DNA from: a virus | Reading direction: 5' to 3' (one strand) | DNA length: 44,356 nt | IMG/VR virus record: IMGVR_UViG_3300044466_000065 | Span: 1 to 44,356 of that record | In this document: positions 16,601 to 23,942 of the stretch, one piece after another | Numbering within the stretch: position 1 is the stretch's first letter | Layout: every line of letters starts with the position of its first letter | The notes under the pieces: generated by a model | What the model was told of the DNA's origin: nothing | Seen by the model: the letters and a program-made list of their open reading frames with translations, nothing else | Database searches by the model: none | Made by a program: the position numbers and the translations under genes

Positions 16601-19400
16601 CCTTCATCGAGATGTCAGCAGGAAGCTCGCGGTTCTGGTGGAACCCAGCAGCAATCGATTGCTCCGGGTAGTCAGCCTCGATGAGCGGGTGGTTGGTCGG
16701 GATGTCGACGTAGTAGACACCGCCGTTACCCGCCACCTGCTTATCAGCGTAAGCCTGAGCATAGACGGGATCACTGGAAAACCAGCGAGGCCCGTCGATG
16801 GGCACGTCCTTCGCGCCTCCGCTATACATCCGAGTCATGCCGGGTTTCGGCGGTGGCGGCGCAGCAGCGGGCATTCCTGCACGCCTCTCCGCTTCGACAA
16901 TCTTCTCCGCCTCCTGGAATATGTCTATCGCCGCCATCCGCACCTGCGGACCGTACTTGGCCACGATCGCCTCGACGAAATTCCCAACATGAATCAATCC
17001 ACGGGCCACGTCGCCCCGGATCGAGAGCGCCATCTTGCTGATGACTTTCGGATCGAGGAAGGCGCCCATCGAAGCCCGTCCGCCGGTGAAGAGACCCATC
17101 TTGCGGAGTTCTTCGTCGGCTGCTTTGCCTTCGGCATCCCACTTGTCGAGCGTACTCTGAGGCACAGGTTCCTCGACCCCCGCAGCCTGGAGAGTACTGT
17201 CAACGAACACATCCTCGCTGCGCGCAGGCTGAGGGCCGGTCGGGGTATCTACCACCATGTCGGCATCGGGAGCCTCAGGCTTCAGGGTTGTCGGCCTACT
17301 CCAGTCGATGTTTCCCTGCTCGTCCGTCGAGATGCCCTGTTGGGCGAGCCATGCCCGGTACTCGGGCACGTTGATGTTTGGCCCAGGTGCTGCCGCAGAG
17401 GGAGGTGCCACTGGCTGCGGAGGCTGGACATTGACGCCCGGCCGAACAGCTCCGATATCGTGGAAGCGCGGCTCCGGCGTTCGCCCCTGTGCCTCTTCCA
17501 CGCTCTTCGCCCACGTCAGCAGATCCGCTCTCGTCGGCGCAGGTTCCGGTGCGGCTACCGATGGTGCCGGTTCGGGGGTAGTCTCCCAAACCTCGATCAG
17601 CTTCTGCCGGATGTCCACAGCCTGCGGGTCTTCCGATCCCAGCCACTCCCACAGAAGCTCGTGCACCTGCGGGTCGTTGGGATGCACCGGGTCACCCCGC
17701 ATCGACAACCGGCGACTTATCTCTTCCCGCGCATCGCCAAGCAACACGGCAGCCGGGTCCACCACCCTCTCCTGCGGGATCACGCCGGCGCGCCGCTGCT
17801 CCTGGCTCTGCCTTTGGAATACCTGCGCCGACTGCTCGGCAGGACTCGTTCCCGGGGCAGGCGTCTGCGTCGGACCCGTTAACCCGAAGGCTTCGGCTGA
17901 TGCACGGGCCGAGGGAATCATGCCTGTTCCGGGGGGAGTCGGTGCGTAAGGAAGCGGCGGAAGCGGTGGCACCGGGCGACCACTGTAGTTGAAGTCCTGG
18001 AGTTGCCGGGTGCGGAACACCTCGGCGGATTCTTCAGCCGGACCCGGTGGCGGCGTCGGTATCGGCGGGCCGAAGGCTTCAGCGGATCTACGGGCTGCAC
18101 CTCCCCCAGGACTGAGATCCTTAGGCGGCACTCCGGTGGCAGGTTGGATGATGAACTGAACCGGGGGCGCGGCTTTCGCGTTGTAGGCGTCGAAGTTCAT
18201 CGTCCGCTTGGTCATCGGTGAGGGCTTCTCCGGGCGATGCGCCAGATGCCCGCCGCCCTCCATCAGGAAGCTGAAAAGGAATGTCTCGAATAGCCGCCAG
18301 AACGTGTCGGTCTGCGGGATGTTGTAGTACTTCTCATGCAGGATCGCCATGATCTCCTGCACCAACTCGGTGATGGAACCGACACTAGCCGTTGCGAGAA
18401 ACCCCTTGGTGATACCTCGCATGGCGAGGAAGGGAGCAACGCTGTTGAGAGCAGCGATGAAAGCACCGACTCCCACAGAGGAGCCGGGCGCTTTGACGCC
18501 GAGCTTTTCCATCTCGTTGTAGCGTTGCCCGATATCGTTGGTGGCGCTCGCCACGAAACCGCCAAGGGGACCACCGGCGATTGTGCCCGCTACCGTGAAG
18601 GCCATCGGGCCGAACATCTTACCCAGCCTGAACCCGGCGTAGTCCATGATCGTGGACTTACCCGTCGCCACGTCCTCGTGGGTTGGCCCCTCATAATCCA
18701 TGTAACTCCGGAACGTCGGATCGGTGATCCACGGCTTCTTGAGTTCGCCAATATCCTCGGAGAGAGGTTTCTTTTTCTTGTATTTGTCTTTGACTAAACT
18801 CGCCTTGGCGTTTTCCTGTGTCGCGACTAAGGCTTGGAGGGTGGCAATGGCATTGTTGGGCAAGTCTTTCAGACTCGCCGCCGCGCCCTGCGCCCCTAGG
18901 ACCGCACCCGGACCAACGGATGCCCTGACTCCCGTATTGACCGCCTGCCGCATGATGTCGGGTAAGTTGGCGGGTGCAGGCTCAGGCCCACCAGGTGCCA
19001 ATCCCGGAGGCAACGGAGGCGGAGGCACTACTGGAGTCCTGGTGGTTATCGTCGTGCGTCCATCCGGACCCACTGACGAGGTCACATACTGAGGACGTGC
19101 CACGGTGAGTTGAGGCACGCCGCTGACGCGAGGCGCAGGCGCACCAAAGACAGGCGCAGAGGGACTCTGTTGAGGAAGCCCCCCTGTTGCAACCGCCGGG
19201 GATACCGCCGTTGCCGACGGAGCTTGGCCCACCGGCACCACGCCAGTGGGCATAGGTTGAGCAGCAGTGGGAGCAACCCCCACGGGAATGACTCCCGGCG
19301 GCATGGGTAGGGGTGCTCTACTTACCCCGGCAGGAGCACTCACGGAGACGCCGCTTATTGGAATAACTCCAGGCGGCATGGGAAAAGCTCGGCTGCTCAT
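13599..19400 (-). CDS. Giant virion-associated protein, PLxRFG-domain type (1,933 aa)
   Basis: NYFPLDRFGQW motif (DNA 15870-15887); Pro-rich N-terminal repeats MPPGVIP; hydrophobic segments; last gene of the structural module. Confidence 0.88.
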   Translation of the reverse strand: MSSRAFPMPPGVIPISGVSVSAPAGVSRAPLPMPPGVIPVGVAPTAAQPMPTGVVPVGQAPSATAVSPAVATGGLPQQSPSAPVFGAPAPRVSGVPQLTVARPQYVTSSVGPDGRTTITTRTPVVPPPPLPPGLAPGGPEPAPANLPDIMRQAVNTGVRASVGPGAVLGAQGAAASLKDLPNNAIATLQALVATQENAKASLVKDKYKKKKPLSEDIGELKKPWITDPTFRSYMDYEGPTHEDVATGKSTIMDYAGFRLGKMFGPMAFTVAGTIAGGPLGGFVASATNDIGQRYNEMEKLGVKAPGSSVGVGAFIAALNSVAPFLAMRGITKGFLATASVGSITELVQEIMAILHEKYYNIPQTDTFWRLFETFLFSFLMEGGGHLAHRPEKPSPMTKRTMNFDAYNAKAAPPVQFIIQPATGVPPKDLSPGGGAARRSAEAFGPPIPTPPPGPAEESAEVFRTRQLQDFNYSGRPVPPLPPLPYAPTPPGTGMIPSARASAEAFGLTGPTQTPAPGTSPAEQSAQVFQRQSQEQRRAGVIPQERVVDPAAVLLGDAREEISRRLSMRGDPVHPNDPQVHELLWEWLGSEDPQAVDIRQKLIEVWETTPEPAPSVAAPEPAPTRADLLTWAKSVEEAQGRTPEPRFHDIGAVRPGVNVQPPQPVAPPSAAAPGPNINVPEYRAWLAQQGISTDEQGNIDWSRPTTLKPEAPDADMVVDTPTGPQPARSEDVFVDSTLQAAGVEEPVPQSTLDKWDAEGKAADEELRKMGLFTGGRASMGAFLDPKVISKMALSIRGDVARGLIHVGNFVEAIVAKYGPQVRMAAIDIFQEAEKIVEAERRAGMPAAAPPPPKPGMTRMYSGGAKDVPIDGPRWFSSDPVYAQAYADKQVAGNGGVYYVDIPTNHPLIEADYPEQSIAAGFHQNRELPADISMKARLMPSAAPPVSPGAPAARPASVTATQPTGSLQGQPAQVSGQPPPLPGQARVEPPPLPPLGAMPDATNPNLPPADRFKDSVKSFGRLQRLLTQFRWAAWKFKDFAPIQAMLKAKDRLEIEVFRWKDRGGEIAKAWRNLGSEQAQAVSDLAFAATKASDTFQRKLSPEELARTGDLYGVSEKGYEVYHQIQQFFHDSWEALRQATISELQREISDPDALAKATAEINAQFDEKMRGNYFPLDRFGQWMVVAKRRDANGKLQVDQVEHLPTEHAAKDAARAMEERYRDEGITIEPGGIRIMENTTAEARDAGYLPPAVTRKLAGKLAADLNLTAEQRATFEAAFDQIIAASMNQRSFFSRLNRRKGTKGFSRDAQRAFSAYVSSIANHIGRTEQRGNLEQSVLDAEKWRNEMVSGSNVIVDTSHVNRLTDLMKDTKTALLNPKVQNNSIVGAAATWFLGFGPVQIYQNFVQVLNVAQVLSAEVGMPRAAWEITRAMHDVTKVYTKRAYDRTSHKVRMKLRGGGEYETYQENYTGGLSEEDWAVLQRGRGEGLTGDSNAHQIAGLANISTFEQGLTGIFGLHPLGFGKEGGTDVQGVGRGIDKLFKTFGEWSLAGHQWSEEWTRRVGLLAGSRAFAKQGHPDPYMAARDVVLKAQGSHEPSNRSMLQRGLAIPLIFKSFLMNNIWLQTQSQAKKKLFITQLFLGGLRGFLGAAPLMALINALGTWFRKWMGTKDPYLDIQQTVRELIARSTSEEVADYAINGANSKIGPYDLKDAFSQADPIPGVDEVIKMFGGRMNAKTGFWNIGEEVGGPWGGQLMTAMKAAVEGGPVSEQVFKALVPAWMARAERARETLRDKQISSASGEKVVGIDTSNPSHVAEVVGVALGARSGRAAKAQEQQYANAELSIYYNGLLDGMQRKYNAAYSRTGNPEERALVHEEIAKINKILPQSFERTLGTYHRSFMMRDKKQNLEESGTPAGPHRQRQFMRDRLKGLYPDTYPMPR

Positions 19401-19409
19401 TGAGAATCC

Positions 19410-20777
19410 TTACTTACGGGGTGGCGGCACAACCTGCCACTTACCATCCGGACCCGCCCTCCAGACTTCTCCGGTTATGGGATCGTATCCGTCCGTCTTT
19501 GGATTGGCCCAAGCTGGAGGATCTTTTGGTGGTATCGGCTTCCCTTGTGCCGCTTGCGCTCGGGCATAGTTACGCATGGCGAGGGAATATACCTGCCTCT
19601 CCTGTTCCGCCGGATCGATCGGCTGATAGGGCTTGCCAGCGTTGTAAGCGGCTTGCATGTTGTTCCGCTCCTGACCGTATATACTGTCACCCGCTTCTTT
19701 CATGAAGGGCAGGAGTTTCTCGTTACCCTCCTTGGCGGCCATCCTCGCAGAGTTAGCCTGCGCCACAGCCAGATGACCTTGGTCGACTTTAAGCTTCTGC
19801 CTAGCAAGATCATCGAGACTAGCGTTGCGTTTTTGAAGGGCTTGGAATTCCGCCTCGTCGTTAGCGACTTTTCTCACAGCGAGGTTGTAATCCAAATCAG
19901 CCTGTCTGGCTGTCTCTTGTCGGGAAGTCTCAAGCGAGGCGGCGTTCTTCTCGCCGGTCGCAACTTCTCTCCCCTTGAATCCTGCCGCTCTATCCCTTTC
20001 GGCTTGGTCTAACGAAGCCTGAGCAGCAGCCTGTCTGGCCTTCCTTCGCTCGTCCGCGCTCTGGGCTTCCCTGCGCTCGCCCTGGCTCTTATAGTCTCCG
20101 ATTTTGGCTTCGCTCTCCAACTTATCCTGTTGAGCCTTGGCCTGCTTGGCCTGCCACTCACGTTCTGCTAACTCACGGGCAACCTGCATTTGCCGCTGCT
20201 GCGCGAGCGTGTTATACCCAGCAGTTACTGCGTTAACGGCGTTACCAATGCCGCTCTCTCCGGGGTATCTAGCACGGGTCATCTGCTGCCCTGCCGCCAG
20301 CGCAATACCGGCTAAGCTGGGGTCAGTCAACCTATCCCAGATACCTGGTTTCTTAGCCTCAGCAGGCGGCTGCCATGTGCCCGCACCGGGACTTCCAGGA
20401 GGAATAATCGTATCAATCAACTTGTTGTCTTTGTCGAAGACGCGCTTAGTCCCATCGTTATCTTCCTCTGTATAACCTCCGTCCGGATCGTAAGTCGTTT
20501 TAGCGCCCCTCTTCCCTGCCGGTTTTGGAGTAACAGTCCCGAGAGTCTCACCGAGCGACGGCGGCATCGTGCGCGGCGCACCCGGAGTAGGCATCGTGGG
20601 CCTGCCGAGCACCTCGCCACGTTGGGCCATGCCGCCGCCTCCATATCCAGGAGGAGTGCGGGCGTTCGGGTTGATCCCCGGCGTGCCGAACCCAGGATTG
20701 ACTACCGGAGCGATGCCTCCGAACTTCTGCGCGAGAGCCATCAGCAATTGCGGATTAATGGGTGGTACGGCTGGCAT
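19410..20777 (-). CDS. Internal virion/coiled-coil protein
   Basis: 455 aa; Gly/Pro-rich N-terminus and a long charged coiled-coil centre (AKQAKAQQDKLESEAK...). Confidence 0.8.
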   Translation of the reverse strand: MPAVPPINPQLLMALAQKFGGIAPVVNPGFGTPGINPNARTPPGYGGGGMAQRGEVLGRPTMPTPGAPRTMPPSLGETLGTVTPKPAGKRGAKTTYDPDGGYTEEDNDGTKRVFDKDNKLIDTIIPPGSPGAGTWQPPAEAKKPGIWDRLTDPSLAGIALAAGQQMTRARYPGESGIGNAVNAVTAGYNTLAQQRQMQVARELAEREWQAKQAKAQQDKLESEAKIGDYKSQGERREAQSADERRKARQAAAQASLDQAERDRAAGFKGREVATGEKNAASLETSRQETARQADLDYNLAVRKVANDEAEFQALQKRNASLDDLARQKLKVDQGHLAVAQANSARMAAKEGNEKLLPFMKEAGDSIYGQERNNMQAAYNAGKPYQPIDPAEQERQVYSLAMRNYARAQAAQGKPIPPKDPPAWANPKTDGYDPITGEVWRAGPDGKWQVVPPPRK

Positions 20778-21779
20778 TTATCTGACTCCTGCGAGAAGCT
20801 GACCGATCGAGGGAATGGGGTTGCCGCGCGCTTGCGGCTTGAAGACGGGGGCGACGGGGGTGTGCGGACCGAGGTGCGCGTAGGGCGCGGGCGTGGTGGT
20901 GGTGCCGCCCTGGAACGCGGCGAGCATGGGCAGCGCGGCGAGGAGCTTGCCCACTCCCGGCTGCTGCTGCTGCTGTTTGCCTCCGGTCTGCGTCTGTGGC
21001 GGGGGCGGCTGGGTCGGCTTAGTCCGATCCGGCGTGGTGAGCACCGGCCCGTGTATGTCGGGAGGCGTCTTCGGCCACGAGTCGCCAATGACAACGGGCG
21101 GATTCGGCTTCGCGGGTTGGAACGTATCACCTATCTCGTATCCACCTCCGGTCTGCGGGAAATCCCAATAGGTCTTGTAGTCGCCTTTGGTCTGCGGCAA
21201 ATCCCAGTAGGTCTTGTAATCGCCGCGTTTAATCGGATCATCCGGATCAGTGGTATCCCAAGTCGTCGTCTCAAACTTGTACGGCGGAGGATTCGGATCA
21301 TAGTCCTCGACCTTATACTCGCCGGGAAACGGGTAACTCGGATCGGTGAATCCGGTGACATCTGTCGTGAAAGTGGGGTTCCCGCCGCCGCCACTGCCGC
21401 CACCGCTGGGATAGAACCCGCTTCCTCCGGGCAAGGACGAGAGGTACTGGTTTACGTCGTAGTTCGGTGTGTATCCAAGGTATTGGAGAGGATCCGTATC
21501 ACCGATGACCTCAGTGGTATAAGTCGGATTACCTGTGCCAGGATCAAACCCCGCCGGACCGGTTCCTCCGGGCGTCTCGGTGGTCTGCCCCTCGTTGGGC
21601 GTCGTCGGAGCCGTGCCCCCCGATTGCGCTATCTGATCCTCCCAGGAGGTGACTGGCGTGTTGTAGCCGTAGGGATCGTAAGCACCGTAAGGATTGTTAT
21701 AGTTCCACCAATAGCCGCCATCCCCATACGGATTGTAGCCCCCGGTATTGCCTGGCGGTCGGTTGCCAATGTATTCCAT
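20778..21779 (-). CDS. Low-complexity Tyr/Pro/Gly/Thr-rich structural protein with tandem repeat
   Basis: KRGDYKTYWDLPQTKGDYKTYWDFPQT tandem unit; abuts its neighbours. Confidence 0.75.
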   Translation of the reverse strand: MEYIGNRPPGNTGGYNPYGDGGYWWNYNNPYGAYDPYGYNTPVTSWEDQIAQSGGTAPTTPNEGQTTETPGGTGPAGFDPGTGNPTYTTEVIGDTDPLQYLGYTPNYDVNQYLSSLPGGSGFYPSGGGSGGGGNPTFTTDVTGFTDPSYPFPGEYKVEDYDPNPPPYKFETTTWDTTDPDDPIKRGDYKTYWDLPQTKGDYKTYWDFPQTGGGYEIGDTFQPAKPNPPVVIGDSWPKTPPDIHGPVLTTPDRTKPTQPPPPQTQTGGKQQQQQPGVGKLLAALPMLAAFQGGTTTTPAPYAHLGPHTPVAPVFKPQARGNPIPSIGQLLAGVR

Positions 21780-21789
21780 GTCAGTCTCC

Positions 21790-22692
21790 TTACCCGAAGA
21801 AGTTGCTGGTGCCGCCAGGAGGTGTGCCTACCGTGGTGCCAGTCGGTACGATCGGCGGAGTCCCGGCGGTGGTTCCCTGTTTACGCATCTGCTCGATGAT
21901 CTGCAGCAAAGCCGGAATACTCAGCCCGGCGCCGATGATGGCTGACGCCGTACTCGGCTGCGGCACCTTCACCTCTGACACCGCCTCGGCCCCGAACGGC
22001 TGACGGATCAGGTTGCCATAATTCAGCAGATTCTCATACGGTAACCGCTGCTCATACTCGTACCGGTTGGCATTCTCGTTCCGCTGCGCTTCCTCCTGCG
22101 CCCGGATCTGCGCGCCCACCGCGCCCGTGATCTGCCCCGGCGCCGTGAGATTCGCCTGCAACTGCGGGATGTTCTGCATCGTCTGCATCGCCTGCTGCTG
22201 AGCAGACAGATAGCCCTGGTTCGCCAAACCAGACGACACTTCTCCCGCCACGCGCTCGGCATCGCGCACCGCCTGCGCCTCCCCGATCGACTGCCTCGAG
22301 CCGCCATAGCCGCCGCTGGCAATCCCCTGGTGCCGGATGGCCGGCAGCGCCCGCGTCAGCAACTGATCGCCGATGGGTGCCACGGCCGCCGAGATCGCAT
22401 TCTTCAGGTACGGGTTCGTCGCCGGATCCCGCCCCGCTCCGAGGTTGAACTCCGCGCTCTTCGTCCCGAGTTCAGCGAGGTACTGCGCCGGGGTGGCCGC
22501 AGCGCCGGTCTGCCGCAACGCCGAGAGTTCGTCTTGATTAAAATCAGCAACCCGTGGTTCGGGACTCAGCTTCGGTCCACCCTGCTGATACAATCGCGTG
22601 CTTTCATCAACAAACTGCTTCAATGCCGGTTGTTGGAAGCTTGGGTAGTTAGTCGTTGAGGTTGCGACGTTACCGCCTGCGGATTTTCCCAT
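21790..22692 (-). CDS. Putative internal virion protein
   Basis: 300 aa; GAGGA RBS; Gln/Ala-rich with protein-like composition. Confidence 0.8.
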   Translation of the reverse strand: MGKSAGGNVATSTTNYPSFQQPALKQFVDESTRLYQQGGPKLSPEPRVADFNQDELSALRQTGAAATPAQYLAELGTKSAEFNLGAGRDPATNPYLKNAISAAVAPIGDQLLTRALPAIRHQGIASGGYGGSRQSIGEAQAVRDAERVAGEVSSGLANQGYLSAQQQAMQTMQNIPQLQANLTAPGQITGAVGAQIRAQEEAQRNENANRYEYEQRLPYENLLNYGNLIRQPFGAEAVSEVKVPQPSTASAIIGAGLSIPALLQIIEQMRKQGTTAGTPPIVPTGTTVGTPPGGTSNFFG

Positions 22693-23191
22693 TATGATTC
22701 CTCACTTCCATGATTAAGGTTACGTAAGCAGGTTCAAATCCGAGCGGGGCCAAAAGTCTGGTGAGACCTTTCCTGCCACTAGCTTCCAATCGCTCACATT
22801 GGTTCTCGCGGGCGTAAGCCTCAAGGGCCACGCGAGCGTGACCGCCCCAGTCCCGGAAGGAAATCCCCTGAAGGAGCACGATTCGCAAAACCCTCAAACA
22901 GGGGTACTCAGTACACTCGGTTAGAATCACACCAAGGAGTTCAGCCCCGTCGCCAGCCAACGCTACCCACACCTGCATTTTGTCGGCAGCGATGTACGCC
23001 TTAATCGAGCTTTCGCTTAACTCTCCGTGGCAATGTTTGAGGGCTTCGGCGAAGTAGGGCGTCAATCTCACGAACACCGCAGGCTCGATGGCCATCTCTG
23101 AATTGAGGCGCGTAACCTGGATTCGCCGGGGGGCCAACTGTTTGGCTATCGGAAGCGGCGAGATTTCTTCCAGAACTTGTTCAGTATTCAT
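22670..23191 (-). CDS. Hypothetical protein, possibly GNAT-like fold (gene X, intact copy)
   Basis: Start MNTEQVLEE at 23191; C-terminal LE.YAR..QCERLEASGRKGLTRLLAPLGF resembles an acetyltransferase fold (weak). Confidence 0.7.
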   Translation of the reverse strand: MNTEQVLEEISPLPIAKQLAPRRIQVTRLNSEMAIEPAVFVRLTPYFAEALKHCHGELSESSIKAYIAADKMQVWVALAGDGAELLGVILTECTEYPCLRVLRIVLLQGISFRDWGGHARVALEAYARENQCERLEASGRKGLTRLLAPLGFEPAYVTLIMEVRNHNGKIRRR

Positions 23192-23264
23192 GGTTAAATG
23201 AGTGAGCGGATGGATGCGGCAAACACCCATCCGCTCGACAGTCAGGAAAGGATGAGTTTCCCGA

Positions 23265-23837
23265 ATGCCTGAAGCCAATTCTATCTACCGCTACAAGACG
23301 GTTGACGATCTTATCGCAAAACACGTCCCCGATAGACAACCGGGCCAATGCTGGCTTTGGGTTGGCGCGACCAGCAAGGGATACGGCAGTTGTATCTGGC
23401 GATATAAGCCCTACAAGGCGCATCGGCTGGTGTACGAACACCTCGTCGGTGCTATTCCTGAAGGCTTGCAGCTCGATCACTTGTGCCGAAACCGCCGGTG
23501 CGTAAACCCTGCACACTTGGAACCAGTCACGATGGCGGAGAATATTCGCCGGGGCATAAACTACTGGCGCGAGAGAAAACACTGCTCGAAGGGTCATGCC
23601 TATGATGCTGCCAACACCCATATCAACGGATCTGGGGAAAGGGTCTGCCGGGAGTGTAAACGCCAGAGCTATCACTGGCAGGGCGGGATTTGGAACCGAG
23701 ACAAAACTCACTGCGTTCACGGCCATGCCCTTGATGCCGCTAACACCTACATCCAAAAAAACGGATCTCGCCACTGCCGGGAATGTCACCGCCAGTGGGA
23801 CCGCATCTATCGCGCGAAGAGGAAGCTGACGGCTTAG
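23265..23837 (+). CDS. HNH homing endonuclease (HNH_3-like), antisense to the structural operon
   Basis: CWLWVGATSKGYG...AHRLVYEHLVGAIPEGLQLDHLCRNRRCVNPAHLE plus repeated C..GH......C..C units. Confidence 0.9.
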   Translation: MPEANSIYRYKTVDDLIAKHVPDRQPGQCWLWVGATSKGYGSCIWRYKPYKAHRLVYEHLVGAIPEGLQLDHLCRNRRCVNPAHLEPVTMAENIRRGINYWRERKHCSKGHAYDAANTHINGSGERVCRECKRQSYHWQGGIWNRDKTHCVHGHALDAANTYIQKNGSRHCRECHRQWDRIYRAKRKLTA

Positions 23838-23942
23838 CTCAATCGCCATCTCAGAACTGAGCCGGGTAACTTGCAACTTGCGCGGGGCAAGCTGCTTGGC
23901 GACCACCGGAGCTTCGATGATAGGCGTTTCTTCAAGTGTCAT
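23838..23942 (-). pseudogene. Displaced 5' fragment of gene X (diverged duplicate of 23081..23191)
   Basis: MTLEETPIIEAPVVAKQLAPRKLQVTRLSSEMAIE versus MNTEQVLEEISPLPIAKQLAPRRIQVTRLNSEMAIE; ATGA-coupled to the tail fibre stop; homology ends at the HNH stop codon. Confidence 0.55.

Noticed and set aside
14637-17882. Long + strand ORFs (623 aa and 414 aa) antisense to the giant gene
   Set aside because: These are typical GC-rich antisense shadow ORFs (Arg/Gly/Leu/Pro/His-rich with no start context). The minus-strand frame carries the PLxRFG motif and coherent composition.
23181-23942. 253-aa minus-strand ORF across the HNH gene
   Set aside because: Only the first 35 or so codons look genuine (a duplicate of the gene X N-terminus). 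The rest is antisense to an HNH gene with unmistakable motifs.
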